From an uncultured bacterium (GTDB taxonomy: Bacteria > UBA8481), in assembly GCA_964499705.1 (NCBI GenBank), contig CAZCME010000002.1, positions 124,001 to 188,000 of the forward strand: 64,000 bases of DNA, given 5' to 3'. Position 1 is the stretch's first letter. Each line of letters begins with the position of its first letter. The notes beneath the pieces were generated by a model that did no database searches, was not told where the DNA came from, and saw only the letters and a list, made by a program, of their open reading frames with translations. This document shows, in pieces, positions 28,181-38,237 of the stretch. The position numbers were made by a program, and so were the translations under genes.

Positions 28181-28792
28181 TTACGGAGCGGGTGGCTGAG
28201 CCACAGCGGGGGGGAGAGCCGCATCCGGAGGCACCGGCTGCTCGACCGCGACAATCTCGCCGTGGGACGGCTCCCCGTTCGCAAGGCCGCGCCAGGTAGC
28301 AAGATCGATTCCGCCGGCCCGCAGAGTCATCGTCAGTATCCCGGTGGTATCCAAGCCCGGTACGAGTTCGGGCGATGGAGGTGGTGTGCGGTTCCACGTG
28401 ACATCCAGCGGAAGTGTATCGAGAGTTACGATCGCCGGTAGAAATCGTTCCGCTACCAGGAGTTCCTGCCACTTGTCGCCCACGGGAAGGATACCGTGCA
28501 CCCTCAAATACGCCGATAAAGCATCCGCAAGGATCTCCAGCCGTGTTCGCTGCGATTCCGCGTAGTCGAGCACGCCTTCCGGATCGATGACCTCCGGCTG
28601 GAAAGCGCTGCGATGGGCCTGGGCCTCCCGATCCCGCTCCTCCTGTGCGGCTCTTGCGCGCGCCGCGGCTTCTTCTTCCCGCTGCTTCTGAAATCCCCTT
28701 ACCACGCCGCCAACGATCAGCACTGCAAGAGTCCAGGCCATTACATCCCGTAAGGCACGGATCCATTTTCGCGTCGTAGGTCTCATTGTCAT
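28181..28792 (-). CDS. Hypothetical membrane-anchored protein
   Basis: One N-terminal TM, charged helix, Pro-rich tail; upstream TGaTAAGAT. Confidence 0.5.
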   Translation of the reverse strand: MTMRPTTRKWIRALRDVMAWTLAVLIVGGVVRGFQKQREEEAAARARAAQEERDREAQAHRSAFQPEVIDPEGVLDYAESQRTRLEILADALSAYLRVHGILPVGDKWQELLVAERFLPAIVTLDTLPLDVTWNRTPPPSPELVPGLDTTGILTMTLRAGGIDLATWRGLANGEPSHGEIVAVEQPVPPDAALPPAVAQPPAP

Positions 28793-29090
28793 GAAGAATC
28801 CATCTTATCACGGAGAACAAGATACTCCGGCAGACTTTAGGCGTTGGGCGCCTCTGAAGTATGCGGCTCCATACAAGATCGACATTCGGGCGCAACCGGG
28901 AATGACGGAAAATAAATCTCACTTTCCGCGCCCGCGAGCTCGGATTCTCTATTCTTGCCCCTGTCGACCGCTCCTGCTACTTTGACTCCCGTGGCGGTAA
29001 AATGGAAATTCCAATCAACTGGAACGGTATCGACCATTCTCGTTCTTGATGACTCACCGCTTCGGATTATCTCGCCTGCATTCATAGACA

Positions 29091-29627
29091 ATGACTAGGG
29101 ATACCGAATCGTCCAAACTTCACTGGGCAACAACATCGCTCGCTCTCGCGATAGGCATGACGCTCGGGCTGTATATTATTTTCGGGCTCGGAGTTGTCGT
29201 CGTATCCATCGCGGGTGGAAATGCGATTTCAGGCCTGTTCATTGCCGCAATCATCGGGGTCGTTCTTGCGCCGTTCCTGTCATTAGCCTGTTCCATTCGA
29301 TTCGGCCTTCTGAAGAAGAAGCGATGGGCCTGGATCGTCGGTGTCGTATTCTTCGCCGTGCAGATTCCGACCTCCTGGTTTCCGTTCGGCGTCGCGGGCC
29401 TGTGGGGCTTGCTGCATCCCGGAACACGCGCTCACTTTCGGGCCGCGGGCACGGAGATAAATAAAGCCGGCACGGAAGAATACGCGGCCATTGTGTCCGC
29501 GATACTTTCCCTGATCGTCATCATCGCACTGGTGGTCTGGGTCAGATCCCGCATGGAAGCCCGCAAGGTGCTCGCTCAGGAATTGCACCGAGCCCGTCCT
29601 GAAATACGGATCAGCGGTTGCCGGTGA
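29091..29627 (+). CDS. Hypothetical multi-TM membrane protein
   Basis: 4-5 hydrophobic segments, GLLKKKRWAW motif. Confidence 0.7.
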   Translation: MTRDTESSKLHWATTSLALAIGMTLGLYIIFGLGVVVVSIAGGNAISGLFIAAIIGVVLAPFLSLACSIRFGLLKKKRWAWIVGVVFFAVQIPTSWFPFGVAGLWGLLHPGTRAHFRAAGTEINKAGTEEYAAIVSAILSLIVIIALVVWVRSRMEARKVLAQELHRARPEIRISGCR

Positions 29628-30567
29628 TCCGGTCGAACGTCTTCATCACCGATTCCACATGCGCGGCGGATCGATGGAATCCTCCGTGGCCGGCCCGGTC
29701 GTCGCTGATGAATGTCACGATGTAGCCTCCTTGCAGCCGGATCCAATCCGCGGTTCGGCGCATTCCATTGCAACCGGAGCGATCCGGTTGCGGATCCTTG
29801 CCTCCGCAGAAAAGAGCCCATTTCGTTTCCGCCAGGATCGAATCCGATCGCGCGTCGTCGGTCATGAGTCCGCGATGAATCGGAAAATCGTCCTGGTATC
29901 CGCCGGCATTCGCGAGCGTCAGGGCGAAGAGCGAGTTTCCGCTGGCGCGGTCGAGATACGTCATGGCGTAGCTGTTGGCCGAACCGCGGCTGAAGCCGTG
30001 AAAAAGGATGCTGCGTTTCCGGAATCCGAGGGAATTCAAGAGGCTTGCGAAGAGCGGATACATATCGGCCGGATCGTAATAGTCTTGGTGGCGCTCCCCC
30101 GTTCCGAACCACCATTGCAACGCGATAATCGCGCACCCGTGCCGTTCGGCCGCGTCGCGCCAGACGGCGAACTCGTCGAAGGCCCAGGAACCGTGCCCTG
30201 ATATCGTCGCGATCGCGTGGGAGACTGTTTCCGTTCCGGGAGGCATCCACACGACAAAAAAGCTGCGGCTGTCCGATGTCGGCACGATTCGAGCCCCCTC
30301 GCGCACGGCAAGCGAATAGCGCTCGGCGCATGCCGTGCGAGCCTGTTCCAGGAGTTTATCCGTCGTGACATCGGGGTATTCCCGCAGCAGGGCCGGCTGC
30401 TCGGGCGCAATCCCGCTCATCACGCGCTCGCGGCCGCGGTTCGTTCCCGGCACATTCTGATTAACAAGCTCGCGATTCCGATCCTGCTGATCGGCGAGCA
30501 CGGCGATCGAAAGAATCAGCGAAGCGAGGAGAACCAGACCAATTCGGAAAACGTCGATCATTTCCAT
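29611..30567 (-). CDS. Secreted alpha/beta-hydrolase-fold protein
   Basis: Signal peptide, GFSRG nucleophile elbow, GGKD, GHGGF. Confidence 0.6.
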   Translation of the reverse strand: MEMIDVFRIGLVLLASLILSIAVLADQQDRNRELVNQNVPGTNRGRERVMSGIAPEQPALLREYPDVTTDKLLEQARTACAERYSLAVREGARIVPTSDSRSFFVVWMPPGTETVSHAIATISGHGSWAFDEFAVWRDAAERHGCAIIALQWWFGTGERHQDYYDPADMYPLFASLLNSLGFRKRSILFHGFSRGSANSYAMTYLDRASGNSLFALTLANAGGYQDDFPIHRGLMTDDARSDSILAETKWALFCGGKDPQPDRSGCNGMRRTADWIRLQGGYIVTFISDDRAGHGGFHRSAAHVESVMKTFDRITGNR

Positions 30568-30615
30568 GGGATGATGATTCGTCGGAGGTGAATTCGCAAG
30601 GGTATATTCCGAGCT

Positions 30616-32313
30616 TCATGTTCCATGGCAGTTCGCGCATCGATTCAATCCGAAGCTGACGCGCCCGTTATGACAGGCGCCGCAACTTTTTCCTTCGCGC
30701 ATGGATTTCATCGTCATCGCTTCACGCCATGGTTTATCGGACAGACCTTCATGGCAGACGAGGCAGGAATCCGACGCGTCGATATGCCGCTGGTGCGGAA
30801 AGCGCACGGCTCCGGGACTTTGCTGCATTTGAGGAAATACGATCGTCGAGTCGACCGCGATTCGATGGCAGAGGCCGCATGCCTTCGTCATGGAAAAAGC
30901 CGCTGAACCGTTATGGCATGTCCCGCATCGCGAGGTTGCATGACCGGTCGATGTATCCCGTCGATCGCCCAGCATCGAATAGAGGGCCGGGTGGCACGTT
31001 CCACATGCGGAGGAATGGGTCGAGTGCGGAAAGATCACCGACCAGGAATCGGAGATGACGACATTCCGGCCGACTCGCGCGCCCGTATCGACGGCCGCAT
31101 CCTCATCAGCGGGTATCCGCTCCGCGCGCACTTCGCCCGGATCGGTCGCGATCAGGATGGCCGCGATCCCGGCCGCGGCAATAGCCGCCAGCGATGCGCG
31201 GTCCCAGAGCGGGTGCTGCGGTCCCTCCTCCTTCTGCAGGAGTCCCAGCCAGAGGGCGCTGAACCGGAAGACGGTCACTCCGGCCGCGATGAGCGCCACG
31301 GTAACGGCGATCTCCTCCCAGCTGGGAACATAAGAATGTCCCTGGAAGGATTCCAGGCCCGTGATGGATACATTAAGCCGGTTCAGCATCACGCCGCCGA
31401 CGGTCAGGATTCCCGCCGCAAGAACCCTGTCAACGCGGAAGCCGCGGAACGCCAGCAGGAGAAATGGCAGCGCGGTGCCGATGAAAATCTCCAGGATCAA
31501 AAGGTTCCGCTCGTATTCCGATCCCGACCAGGAGACGCCGCGATAGAGGAGATCGCCGCACTGCAGCGCCGCGCGGACGATGAGCACCACCAAGAGCCCT
31601 TTCGCCAGCATCATCAGTTCCTTCGTTTCCAGCCGGCTCTGGAATCCGAAATGCGAGAGTGAATTCTCCACGATAACCATCGCGAATCCGCAGCAGACGG
31701 CGCTTGCGAAGAAGAGGACGGGCAGCATGGGCGTCGACCAGTACGGATGGAGCTTGCCGGGGACGATGAGAAAGAGCCCGCCGAGCGAGGACTGATGAAG
31801 TGTCGAGAGCAGGAGCCCGAGCCCTGCGAAGAAGGGCATGGCGCGGTGCAATTTCTCGCCGAGCGCGCGGAGCCCGAGCGCGCCGAGAATTTCAGGAGCG
31901 AGTTCGACAGCGAGTACGGTCGTGTACAGCATGACGCACCAGGCCACCTCGAACATGACGGAACGGGGATTCGGATAGAAGACCGGATGCCAGATATTCC
32001 ACGGGCGGCCGAGGTCGATGAGAAGCGCGATCACGGCGAGGCTGTAGCCGAGAAACGCCGTCAGTACCGCGCCGCGCGCGATTTCGGCATATCTCTTCTG
32101 CCGGAGGATGTAGACGGCGAAAGCGATGGCGAAGGAGCCTGCCGATGTGGCGACTCCCACCAGCATGTCGAATCCGATCCAGAGACCCCAGGGAAAGGCG
32201 TCGGAGAGATTGGTCGATGCGCCCAGGCCGAGCGCGAAGCGCCGCACGATCGCAACGCCGCCCACGGTCATGATGACTGAAAGCAGCGCGCGGTGAAACC
32301 GGGACGATTGCAT
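30616..32313 (-). CDS. NrfD/HybB-family membrane subunit fused to two c7-type triheme domains (6 CxxCH)
   Basis: LSDAFPWGLWIGFD, DLGRPW, SVMFEV, LSTLHQSSLG; C-terminal CGTCH, CGTCH, CGLCH, CLVCH, CGACH, CANCH; ATG 32313 overlaps upstream stop. Confidence 0.9.
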   Translation of the reverse strand: MQSSRFHRALLSVIMTVGGVAIVRRFALGLGASTNLSDAFPWGLWIGFDMLVGVATSAGSFAIAFAVYILRQKRYAEIARGAVLTAFLGYSLAVIALLIDLGRPWNIWHPVFYPNPRSVMFEVAWCVMLYTTVLAVELAPEILGALGLRALGEKLHRAMPFFAGLGLLLSTLHQSSLGGLFLIVPGKLHPYWSTPMLPVLFFASAVCCGFAMVIVENSLSHFGFQSRLETKELMMLAKGLLVVLIVRAALQCGDLLYRGVSWSGSEYERNLLILEIFIGTALPFLLLAFRGFRVDRVLAAGILTVGGVMLNRLNVSITGLESFQGHSYVPSWEEIAVTVALIAAGVTVFRFSALWLGLLQKEEGPQHPLWDRASLAAIAAAGIAAILIATDPGEVRAERIPADEDAAVDTGARVGRNVVISDSWSVIFPHSTHSSACGTCHPALYSMLGDRRDTSTGHATSRCGTCHNGSAAFSMTKACGLCHRIAVDSTIVFPQMQQSPGAVRFPHQRHIDASDSCLVCHEGLSDKPWREAMTMKSMREGKSCGACHNGRVSFGLNRCANCHGT

Positions 32314-33071
32314 CACGCTTTCTCTCCCGTAACGGCGCTTCTTGCCGCGACGGCATCGCGTCGTCGGACGATCCAGTGCAGTCCCGCCAGCATGACCGTG
32401 AGCGTGGAAATGAGCCCGGGAAGATGCGAAAGATAAGCGTCGGTGCGGGTGGGAAGGGGAGAAGAGGGAAGATCCAACCGGAGCCCCAGGTTGGCGAACG
32501 GAATGTCGGAAATCGTGAGGAGAGATGTTCCGCCCGCCTCGGTCATGCCGTAGATTCCGTCGACGTATCCGCCGCCGCCCATCCGCGCTCTTGCTTCCTG
32601 AACCATCGTGTTCCGCTCGCCGAATTTCAAGGCTCCCGTCGGACACGCGAAGGCGCATGCCGGAGGAAGACCTTCCGCCCGCCGCGTGGAACAGAGCTCG
32701 CATTTCCTCACGAGCGGCACGCGGCTCTCCCACTGATACCGCGGAATGCTGAACGGACAAGCCAGGAGACAGTATCGGCAACCCATGCAGAGATCGGACC
32801 GGTACGTCACAGCTCCGTCATCCTGCTTGCGGAAGGCCCCGACGGGACAGACCGACACGCACGCGGGATCGTTGCAGTGCATGCAGGACAGCCGGACAAA
32901 TCGACCTCCTTGCCGCCGGATCGCGAGCAGGGCGCGATCCGTCAGGACCGCTGTGGACGCGGACGAATCGCCGTTATTCGCCTCACGGCAGGCCGTGACG
33001 CAACCCGCGCATCCGATGCAGAGTTTCGCGTCGAAAAGAAACGCGACCTGATCGCCTCCTGGATCCGCCAT
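32313..33071 (-). CDS. 4Fe-4S dicluster protein (HybA/FdnH-like) with C-terminal TM
   Basis: CIGCAGC, CMHCNDPACVSVCP, CMGCRYC..ACP, KCELC..PACAFACPTGAL, EAGGTS. Confidence 0.92.
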   Translation of the reverse strand: MADPGGDQVAFLFDAKLCIGCAGCVTACREANNGDSSASTAVLTDRALLAIRRQGGRFVRLSCMHCNDPACVSVCPVGAFRKQDDGAVTYRSDLCMGCRYCLLACPFSIPRYQWESRVPLVRKCELCSTRRAEGLPPACAFACPTGALKFGERNTMVQEARARMGGGGYVDGIYGMTEAGGTSLLTISDIPFANLGLRLDLPSSPLPTRTDAYLSHLPGLISTLTVMLAGLHWIVRRRDAVAARSAVTGEKA

Positions 33072-33076
33072 CGCGA

Positions 33077-33679
33077 TCAGCGCTTCCCGGGATCGAGGAA
33101 GAGACGGGAATACTCCGCCGCTTCCGCATCCGTCAACGCGTCGAGAAAGCCCGACTGGAGGTTTCCGCCGTCAGCCATGGCTCCGACGTGATCGCGCGTG
33201 CCCGCCAGGAAGATTCCGAGCCGTTCCCGCTCCGCATCCCACCACTTGCGCATCATGCCCCCGATCTGCATCCGCCGCAGAGCACCCGAGAGATCGTCGG
33301 CTTCGAAGATGACGGCGTCGCCGTTTGTCGAGACCACGGACCCGTCGCACGGTGCTCCGATGCGCAGCGTGTGTCGCTGCGTCCGAAGCGTGTACAGGGG
33401 CTTCCCCGCTCGAAGCCGCGTGCCGCTCTCCACGGGCGCGAACGAGGCGTCGGGGCCGGCGGCTGTGGCGAGAAACGAGTCGGGTCTCAAGACGATCAAA
33501 CCGTTAAGGGCCAGCAGACCCGTGAGATGGTTCGACGTGACGAATGTCCCCTGTGTCGGCGCCGGAAAGCGATCCGCGCGGATCGGAATGCCCGCATGCT
33601 GCTCCACTTTCCTCCGGTGTATCGCAATGTCGAGGACGATGAATCCCAGGAATGTCAGTATTACGAGTATGGCGACCAT
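33077..33679 (-). CDS. Membrane-anchored degenerate GcvH-like (lipoyl-domain fold) protein
   Basis: N-terminal TM; G..L..G..L..L and APCDGSVVSTN pattern of H-proteins; no clear lipoyl Lys; MADGG tail; SD AGGAGG. Confidence 0.55.
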   Translation of the reverse strand: MVAILVILTFLGFIVLDIAIHRRKVEQHAGIPIRADRFPAPTQGTFVTSNHLTGLLALNGLIVLRPDSFLATAAGPDASFAPVESGTRLRAGKPLYTLRTQRHTLRIGAPCDGSVVSTNGDAVIFEADDLSGALRRMQIGGMMRKWWDAERERLGIFLAGTRDHVGAMADGGNLQSGFLDALTDAEAAEYSRLFLDPGKR

Positions 33680-33703
33680 GTTCTTCCTCCTGACACTGAG
33701 GAA

Positions 33704-33720
33704 GGCAATCGTCGTGCCGA
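33704..33720 (-). promoter_or_regulatory. Sigma54 (-24/-12) promoter
   Basis: Minus strand TCGGCACGACGATTGCC, GG-N10-GC, upstream of the 33679 start. Confidence 0.8.
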
Positions 33721-33964
33721 TCTTTCCAGGCGTGCGGATCAGGGGGGGACGCGTTCAGGAGAAGTTCCTGATGCAATCCGCCCCAGCTGTGTGTTCGCCC
33801 GCCGCGGAATGAAACAGCTCGTCCGGTCTCGCTCGACAGTCCGCTCATCCCTTGAGTATTCGTCATAAATGCGGCGGTTTCCGTGATCTGTCTCGCAGCG
33901 TGACTTCAGACCATCATGGCAGGCGCGCGCGAATTCTGCTAATCTCGCGCGGACATGATGACCG

Positions 33965-34954
33965 ATGAGCGCTGAACAAAAAAATGATCGGCGATTCGGA
34001 GTCCACTTCGTCCTCGTGGCTCTCTCGTTCGTCGCATGGTTCTTCGCTTCGTTCGTCTCGCTCTTCGCATTCGATGCTCCGGGTTCGGAGAAGATCGTCG
34101 GAATCTGGCTCTTTGTCGTTCCCCTCTGGTGTTATCCGCTCCTCGCGGCGCCGTGCGTCCTCGTCGGTTTTCTAAGGCACCGGAAAACGGACCATCGCGG
34201 GGCTGTCATCGCCCTGAGAATTCCGCTGGCGTATGCCTTGCTCTATGCCACGGTTCTCTTCAGCTTCGAGGTCGCTGACATCATGGCGGGTGTGCGCGCG
34301 GAGCGAACCAGTCCTAATGTGAGCTATGCCGAAAAGGGACTAACCGAGTTTCCCATGGACATATTCCAGCGCCCGACATCGGTCGACAGCCTGGATCTCT
34401 CCGGCAACAGATTCACCACGCTCTCGCCCGAAATTGGAAAACTGACGACGCTCCGGTACCTGAACCTGTCCGGTAATCAGCTCACGTCCCTGCCTCCGGA
34501 AATCGGCAAGCTCGTCGCCCTCGAGAAAGTGGAGCTCGGCGACAACAAGCTAACATCATTGCCGGCGGAGTTTGAAGAGCTGCAGAATATTCGCGAACTG
34601 GATCTCAGCAGGAATCCGCTGACGGCGATTCCGGATGCGGTTACGCGCCTGAAAAATCTCAGGACACTTCGTCTCATCCAGATGCCGCTCGTGGAACTGC
34701 CGGCGGGCATCGGAGACCTCGGCGCACTCGAAGACCTGAACCTCTACGGATGCCGCCTGGTTTCACTGCCGCCGGAAATGGGAGCCTTGACCTCGCTCAA
34801 ATACCTGAGCCTCGAGAAGAACAGCCTCAAGACTTTACCCGCGGAACTGGCCGGGCTGCCGCTTATAGAGAGAATCTCCGTCGACGAAAATCCCATCGAG
34901 GAGCTGCCCGCCGAGATCGCGGCGATGCCGGCTCTGCAGGGGAGAGCGAACTAA
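33965..34954 (+). CDS. Membrane-anchored leucine-rich-repeat protein
   Basis: About 3 N-terminal TMs then about 8-9 23-aa LRRs (LxLSGNxLTSLPPEIGKL). Confidence 0.9.
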   Translation: MSAEQKNDRRFGVHFVLVALSFVAWFFASFVSLFAFDAPGSEKIVGIWLFVVPLWCYPLLAAPCVLVGFLRHRKTDHRGAVIALRIPLAYALLYATVLFSFEVADIMAGVRAERTSPNVSYAEKGLTEFPMDIFQRPTSVDSLDLSGNRFTTLSPEIGKLTTLRYLNLSGNQLTSLPPEIGKLVALEKVELGDNKLTSLPAEFEELQNIRELDLSRNPLTAIPDAVTRLKNLRTLRLIQMPLVELPAGIGDLGALEDLNLYGCRLVSLPPEMGALTSLKYLSLEKNSLKTLPAELAGLPLIERISVDENPIEELPAEIAAMPALQGRAN

Positions 34955-35028
34955 GCAGTCCTGCTTGCTTCCGATATTATCGGCGTGCGAGAGACCGGAA
35001 CAAGGTTCGCGTTCCTTCGGCGCCGATC

Positions 35029-38000
35029 CTACATTACTTCCCGTGCCTTCGTGGCTTCTTCGACGGCATCGCCTCCTTCGCCGGCGCGCGCCGCTCGCGG
35101 AGCGCCGTACATCATTTCCATGAAGACGCGCTCCCCGTCGGATCGGAAGCGGATCGCGCCGTTCGCATCCGTCCTGACAACCTCGATGCCGGCGTCCTGG
35201 AGCGACATTTCCGTCTGATTGGTGCCTCCTTCAATGTCGCGCATGAAGAGCTGGCGGTGGTCCAGGAGCGAATCGCGATAGGTCTCGCGCGAGCGCCCGC
35301 GTCCCGGAGGAGGCCGGAGATCGCGCGCATAACCGTAGGAGATGACGGCGGTGTCGGGTTTCACGGTTTCATACAGGTAAGGGATGTTGGCCTTGGAGGA
35401 ACCATGCGCGGGCACGGTGATGACGTCGGCGCGGAGTAGTTCCGGCTGGACGCGGAGAAGTTCCCTGACTCCGTCAGCCGTGATGTCGCTTGTCAGGAGA
35501 AACGCGGTGGAACCGTATTCGATCCGGAGGACGATGGAATTGTTGTTGGACGGTTTCAGGGGAAAATCGGGATTGGGATGGAGCGCGACGATCCGGAACC
35601 GCCCGTGCGGACCGTCTTCCGTCCAGAGCACCATGCCGCCGGTGACCTCGAAACATTCCGGAGGGCCCGTTGACGAGAAGACCGACGTCGGAGATATGAG
35701 CGCGATTTCGAAGAGGCGTCTCAATCCTGTCGCGCCGCGCATCGCGATCGAAGCTTCGGACAGGAGAAAGACGGCGTCCTCGAAGTCGGAATTCCTCCTG
35801 CCCTGCGCGACGTCGTTCTGGAGCGCGGCGCCTGCCTGCTGCAGGAACTCCTCGGGCGAGTCGAGATTCCACTTCCAGAAGGGAAGCGCGGCGTAGAATC
35901 GCTTGACGGGGAAGATCTTCAGGATTGCCGAAATGCCTCCGATGTCCTCCGGTGACGGACTGGTCATGATGAGCGCGTCCAATTGGCCGATGCGATCCTT
36001 CAGGAGATACTGCGCGATCGTACGCTCGCCCGTGTTCCATCCGCTCCGGAAATCGTTCGGCCCCGCGTCGACCAGGATCTGGGCGCCGCCCGGCGTCTCG
36101 ATGTGGATGGCGCTGCCGTATCGGACGGCGAGAACGTTCACGTGGAGATCTCCGGTTGGAGTCCGGGGCGCGAATCCCCAGACGGAAACCGCGAGGATCA
36201 GGCAGAACGCGGTCGCGAACGTTCCGATCGCGAAATGCTTCCGGCGCGCGCCGCCGACGCCCATGACGAGATCGTAGTAAAGGATTCTGCCGTGCCGCAG
36301 GAGCGGCTTGTTCCAGATGAAAAGAGCCAGCAGCGCGTAGTACGCGGCGAGCATCCTGGGCGTCATGGTCTGGATGAACGGATAGGGGAAAAAGATCGTC
36401 GTGATGTGCGTGGCCCAGAGGAAGAACCAGATGAGGAGATAATTCGCCGCGTTGAGGGTCAGGGCGACGTAGATGCCGACGACGGGAATCATGCCGATGA
36501 GAGACGCGAAGAGACCGAGCTGGATGATGATGTCGGAGAGGGGGATGGCGAGGAAATTGGCGAACGGTCCGGCGACGGAAGCGCGGCAGAAGTAGTACGC
36601 GGAGAGCGGTCCCATCATGCCGAGCTGGATTGCGACCTGCGCTCCGAGGAAGGCCTGGAGCCAGCCGGGGAGCCTGTTGGCGCCGGGGATTTTCTTGACG
36701 AGTTCCTCCGACGGCGGAGTGAGAAGTCCCAGGGACAGCATGGCCATGAAAGAAAGCGCGAAGGAAGGCTCGATCAGCCATTTCGGATTATTGAGAAGAA
36801 TCGCGGCGGCGGCGACTCCGATGGCCATGAGAAGCGACGCCCGGAGGCTTGCGCCGAGATAGACATAGGTGATGAGAACGAGCGAGTTCATGATGACGGC
36901 GCGGGTTGTGGGAGGTTCGGCGCCTGTAATGAAGCAGAAGATGATGAGGCAGCCGATGATGATGACCGTGTAGATCTTCTTCGGGATCCGGAGGATGACA
37001 AAGAGCGCCCACAGGGCTCCCGCGATGATGGTGACGTGGAGCCCGGAGACGGAAAGGATGTGCGTTGTGCCGGACCAGCGGAATTCGTCGAGAATGAATT
37101 GCCTCAGGTCGATCGGAGCATCCGCCGAAGAGCCTTCCGGCGCGGCGGGAGGCGCTTCTTCGAAGATGCAGCGGATTCCGTCAAGGCCCCGGTCAGTGCC
37201 GAGCGTGACGCCGGCGAGAAACGCGGACTCGGGAAACGGGATCGTGATTTTCATGATCCCCAGCATCCGCTTCTTGATTTCCAGCGACAGCTCGACGATC
37301 GGGTTCCCCTCGGATTCCTCACGGATCGCGATGGGCGGCTTCAGCGGGTCCCAGAACGGAATGCTCGCGGTCGCGAAGACTTCATGGTCGTGATAGAAGA
37401 GCTCCGGATCGAAGAGCCCGGGATTGTCGGCGGGCTTGAATCCGGTGAACTGCGCGTCGACTTCGACGACGTAACCGTAACCGTCGGGGAAGGCGAGCTT
37501 CTCGAATATTTCCCGGAAAGGTTTGTCGCGATCCGTCCATGCCGACGGCCGGAGATAGACCATGACGTTGCCTCCGGATACCTCATACGTCTGCCCGGAC
37601 TCCGGATCGGGCTCGATCATGAACGGTTCGATCGTCAGGACCACGACGCCGGGCCGGTCTTCGACGGGTCGGAATTCCGGTTCCGCCACGATGCGACCGA
37701 GCATCCGCGTGTGATCTTTCTTCCGGTCAAGATCCGGGAATTGCTCGATGAGAGTCTTGATATGCTGCGCGCGCGCGGAGGGATCGAACGGCGCGATGTA
37801 CGTCTTCTGCGCGTAGCGCCCATAACCGAGCGCGATCGCGGAGGCGCCGATCAGCAGATACACGAGGCCCCCGTGAATGCCGGCGCGACCTCGCTCCTGA
37901 GCGACGGCCATTCCCCATCCGATGATGCCGCAGAGAGCCGCCGCGGCGTACGCCGGCCAGACCTGGTCGATCGTCGCGCTCGCCGCCATCGCGATGGCGA

Positions 38001-38046
38001 TGCCGAAAATGAATGCGTAGGTGGAGAAGACGACTCGCTGGGCCAT
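35029..38046 (-). CDS. comEC: ComEC/Rec2 DNA-uptake channel homolog A (OB + Competence + degenerate MBL)
   Basis: NPGLFD, SGTTHILSVSGLHV, TRAVIM, SFALSF, ANFLAIP, ILVDAG, RTDANGAI. Confidence 0.9.
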   Translation of the reverse strand: MAQRVVFSTYAFIFGIAIAMAASATIDQVWPAYAAAALCGIIGWGMAVAQERGRAGIHGGLVYLLIGASAIALGYGRYAQKTYIAPFDPSARAQHIKTLIEQFPDLDRKKDHTRMLGRIVAEPEFRPVEDRPGVVVLTIEPFMIEPDPESGQTYEVSGGNVMVYLRPSAWTDRDKPFREIFEKLAFPDGYGYVVEVDAQFTGFKPADNPGLFDPELFYHDHEVFATASIPFWDPLKPPIAIREESEGNPIVELSLEIKKRMLGIMKITIPFPESAFLAGVTLGTDRGLDGIRCIFEEAPPAAPEGSSADAPIDLRQFILDEFRWSGTTHILSVSGLHVTIIAGALWALFVILRIPKKIYTVIIIGCLIIFCFITGAEPPTTRAVIMNSLVLITYVYLGASLRASLLMAIGVAAAAILLNNPKWLIEPSFALSFMAMLSLGLLTPPSEELVKKIPGANRLPGWLQAFLGAQVAIQLGMMGPLSAYYFCRASVAGPFANFLAIPLSDIIIQLGLFASLIGMIPVVGIYVALTLNAANYLLIWFFLWATHITTIFFPYPFIQTMTPRMLAAYYALLALFIWNKPLLRHGRILYYDLVMGVGGARRKHFAIGTFATAFCLILAVSVWGFAPRTPTGDLHVNVLAVRYGSAIHIETPGGAQILVDAGPNDFRSGWNTGERTIAQYLLKDRIGQLDALIMTSPSPEDIGGISAILKIFPVKRFYAALPFWKWNLDSPEEFLQQAGAALQNDVAQGRRNSDFEDAVFLLSEASIAMRGATGLRRLFEIALISPTSVFSSTGPPECFEVTGGMVLWTEDGPHGRFRIVALHPNPDFPLKPSNNNSIVLRIEYGSTAFLLTSDITADGVRELLRVQPELLRADVITVPAHGSSKANIPYLYETVKPDTAVISYGYARDLRPPPGRGRSRETYRDSLLDHRQLFMRDIEGGTNQTEMSLQDAGIEVVRTDANGAIRFRSDGERVFMEMMYGAPRAARAGEGGDAVEEATKAREVM

Positions 38047-38237
38047 CAGAGCACTTCGCCGGGTTCCTTGGACGGAGGGTTGTGAGGATAGAAACCCGCG
38101 TCCTTGTTCGACTGGAAACAGAAGTCGGCGGTGTAGAGTTTTCCCGTGATGAGGTAGTGGCCTCCGAGGACGACAAGGCCCAGCAACAGAGCCGAGCCCA
38201 GGATGATGATCAGGATTTTAGCGGCGTCGTCTTTCAC
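38046..38237 (-). CDS. Small single-TM protein coupled to comEC-A
   Basis: GTG start 7 nt after TATACT; one TM; QSNKDAGFYP; TGATG overlap with comEC-A. Confidence 0.75.
   Translation of the reverse strand: MKDDAAKILIIILGSALLLGLVVLGGHYLITGKLYTADFCFQSNKDAGFYPHNPPSKEPGEVL

Noticed and set aside
32314-32781. N-terminal extension of the 721-aa NrfD ORF
   Set aside because: Overlaps the 4Fe-4S gene in another frame; ATG 32313 gives a clean TGATG coupling
30616-33071. NiFe hydrogenase-2 operon (hybAB)
   Set aside because: Only HybA/HybB-like electron-transfer subunits; no large/small hydrogenase subunits or maturation genes, so no gene symbols were assigned
35983-38085. 700-aa plus-strand ORF
   Set aside because: Antisense shadow of comEC-A
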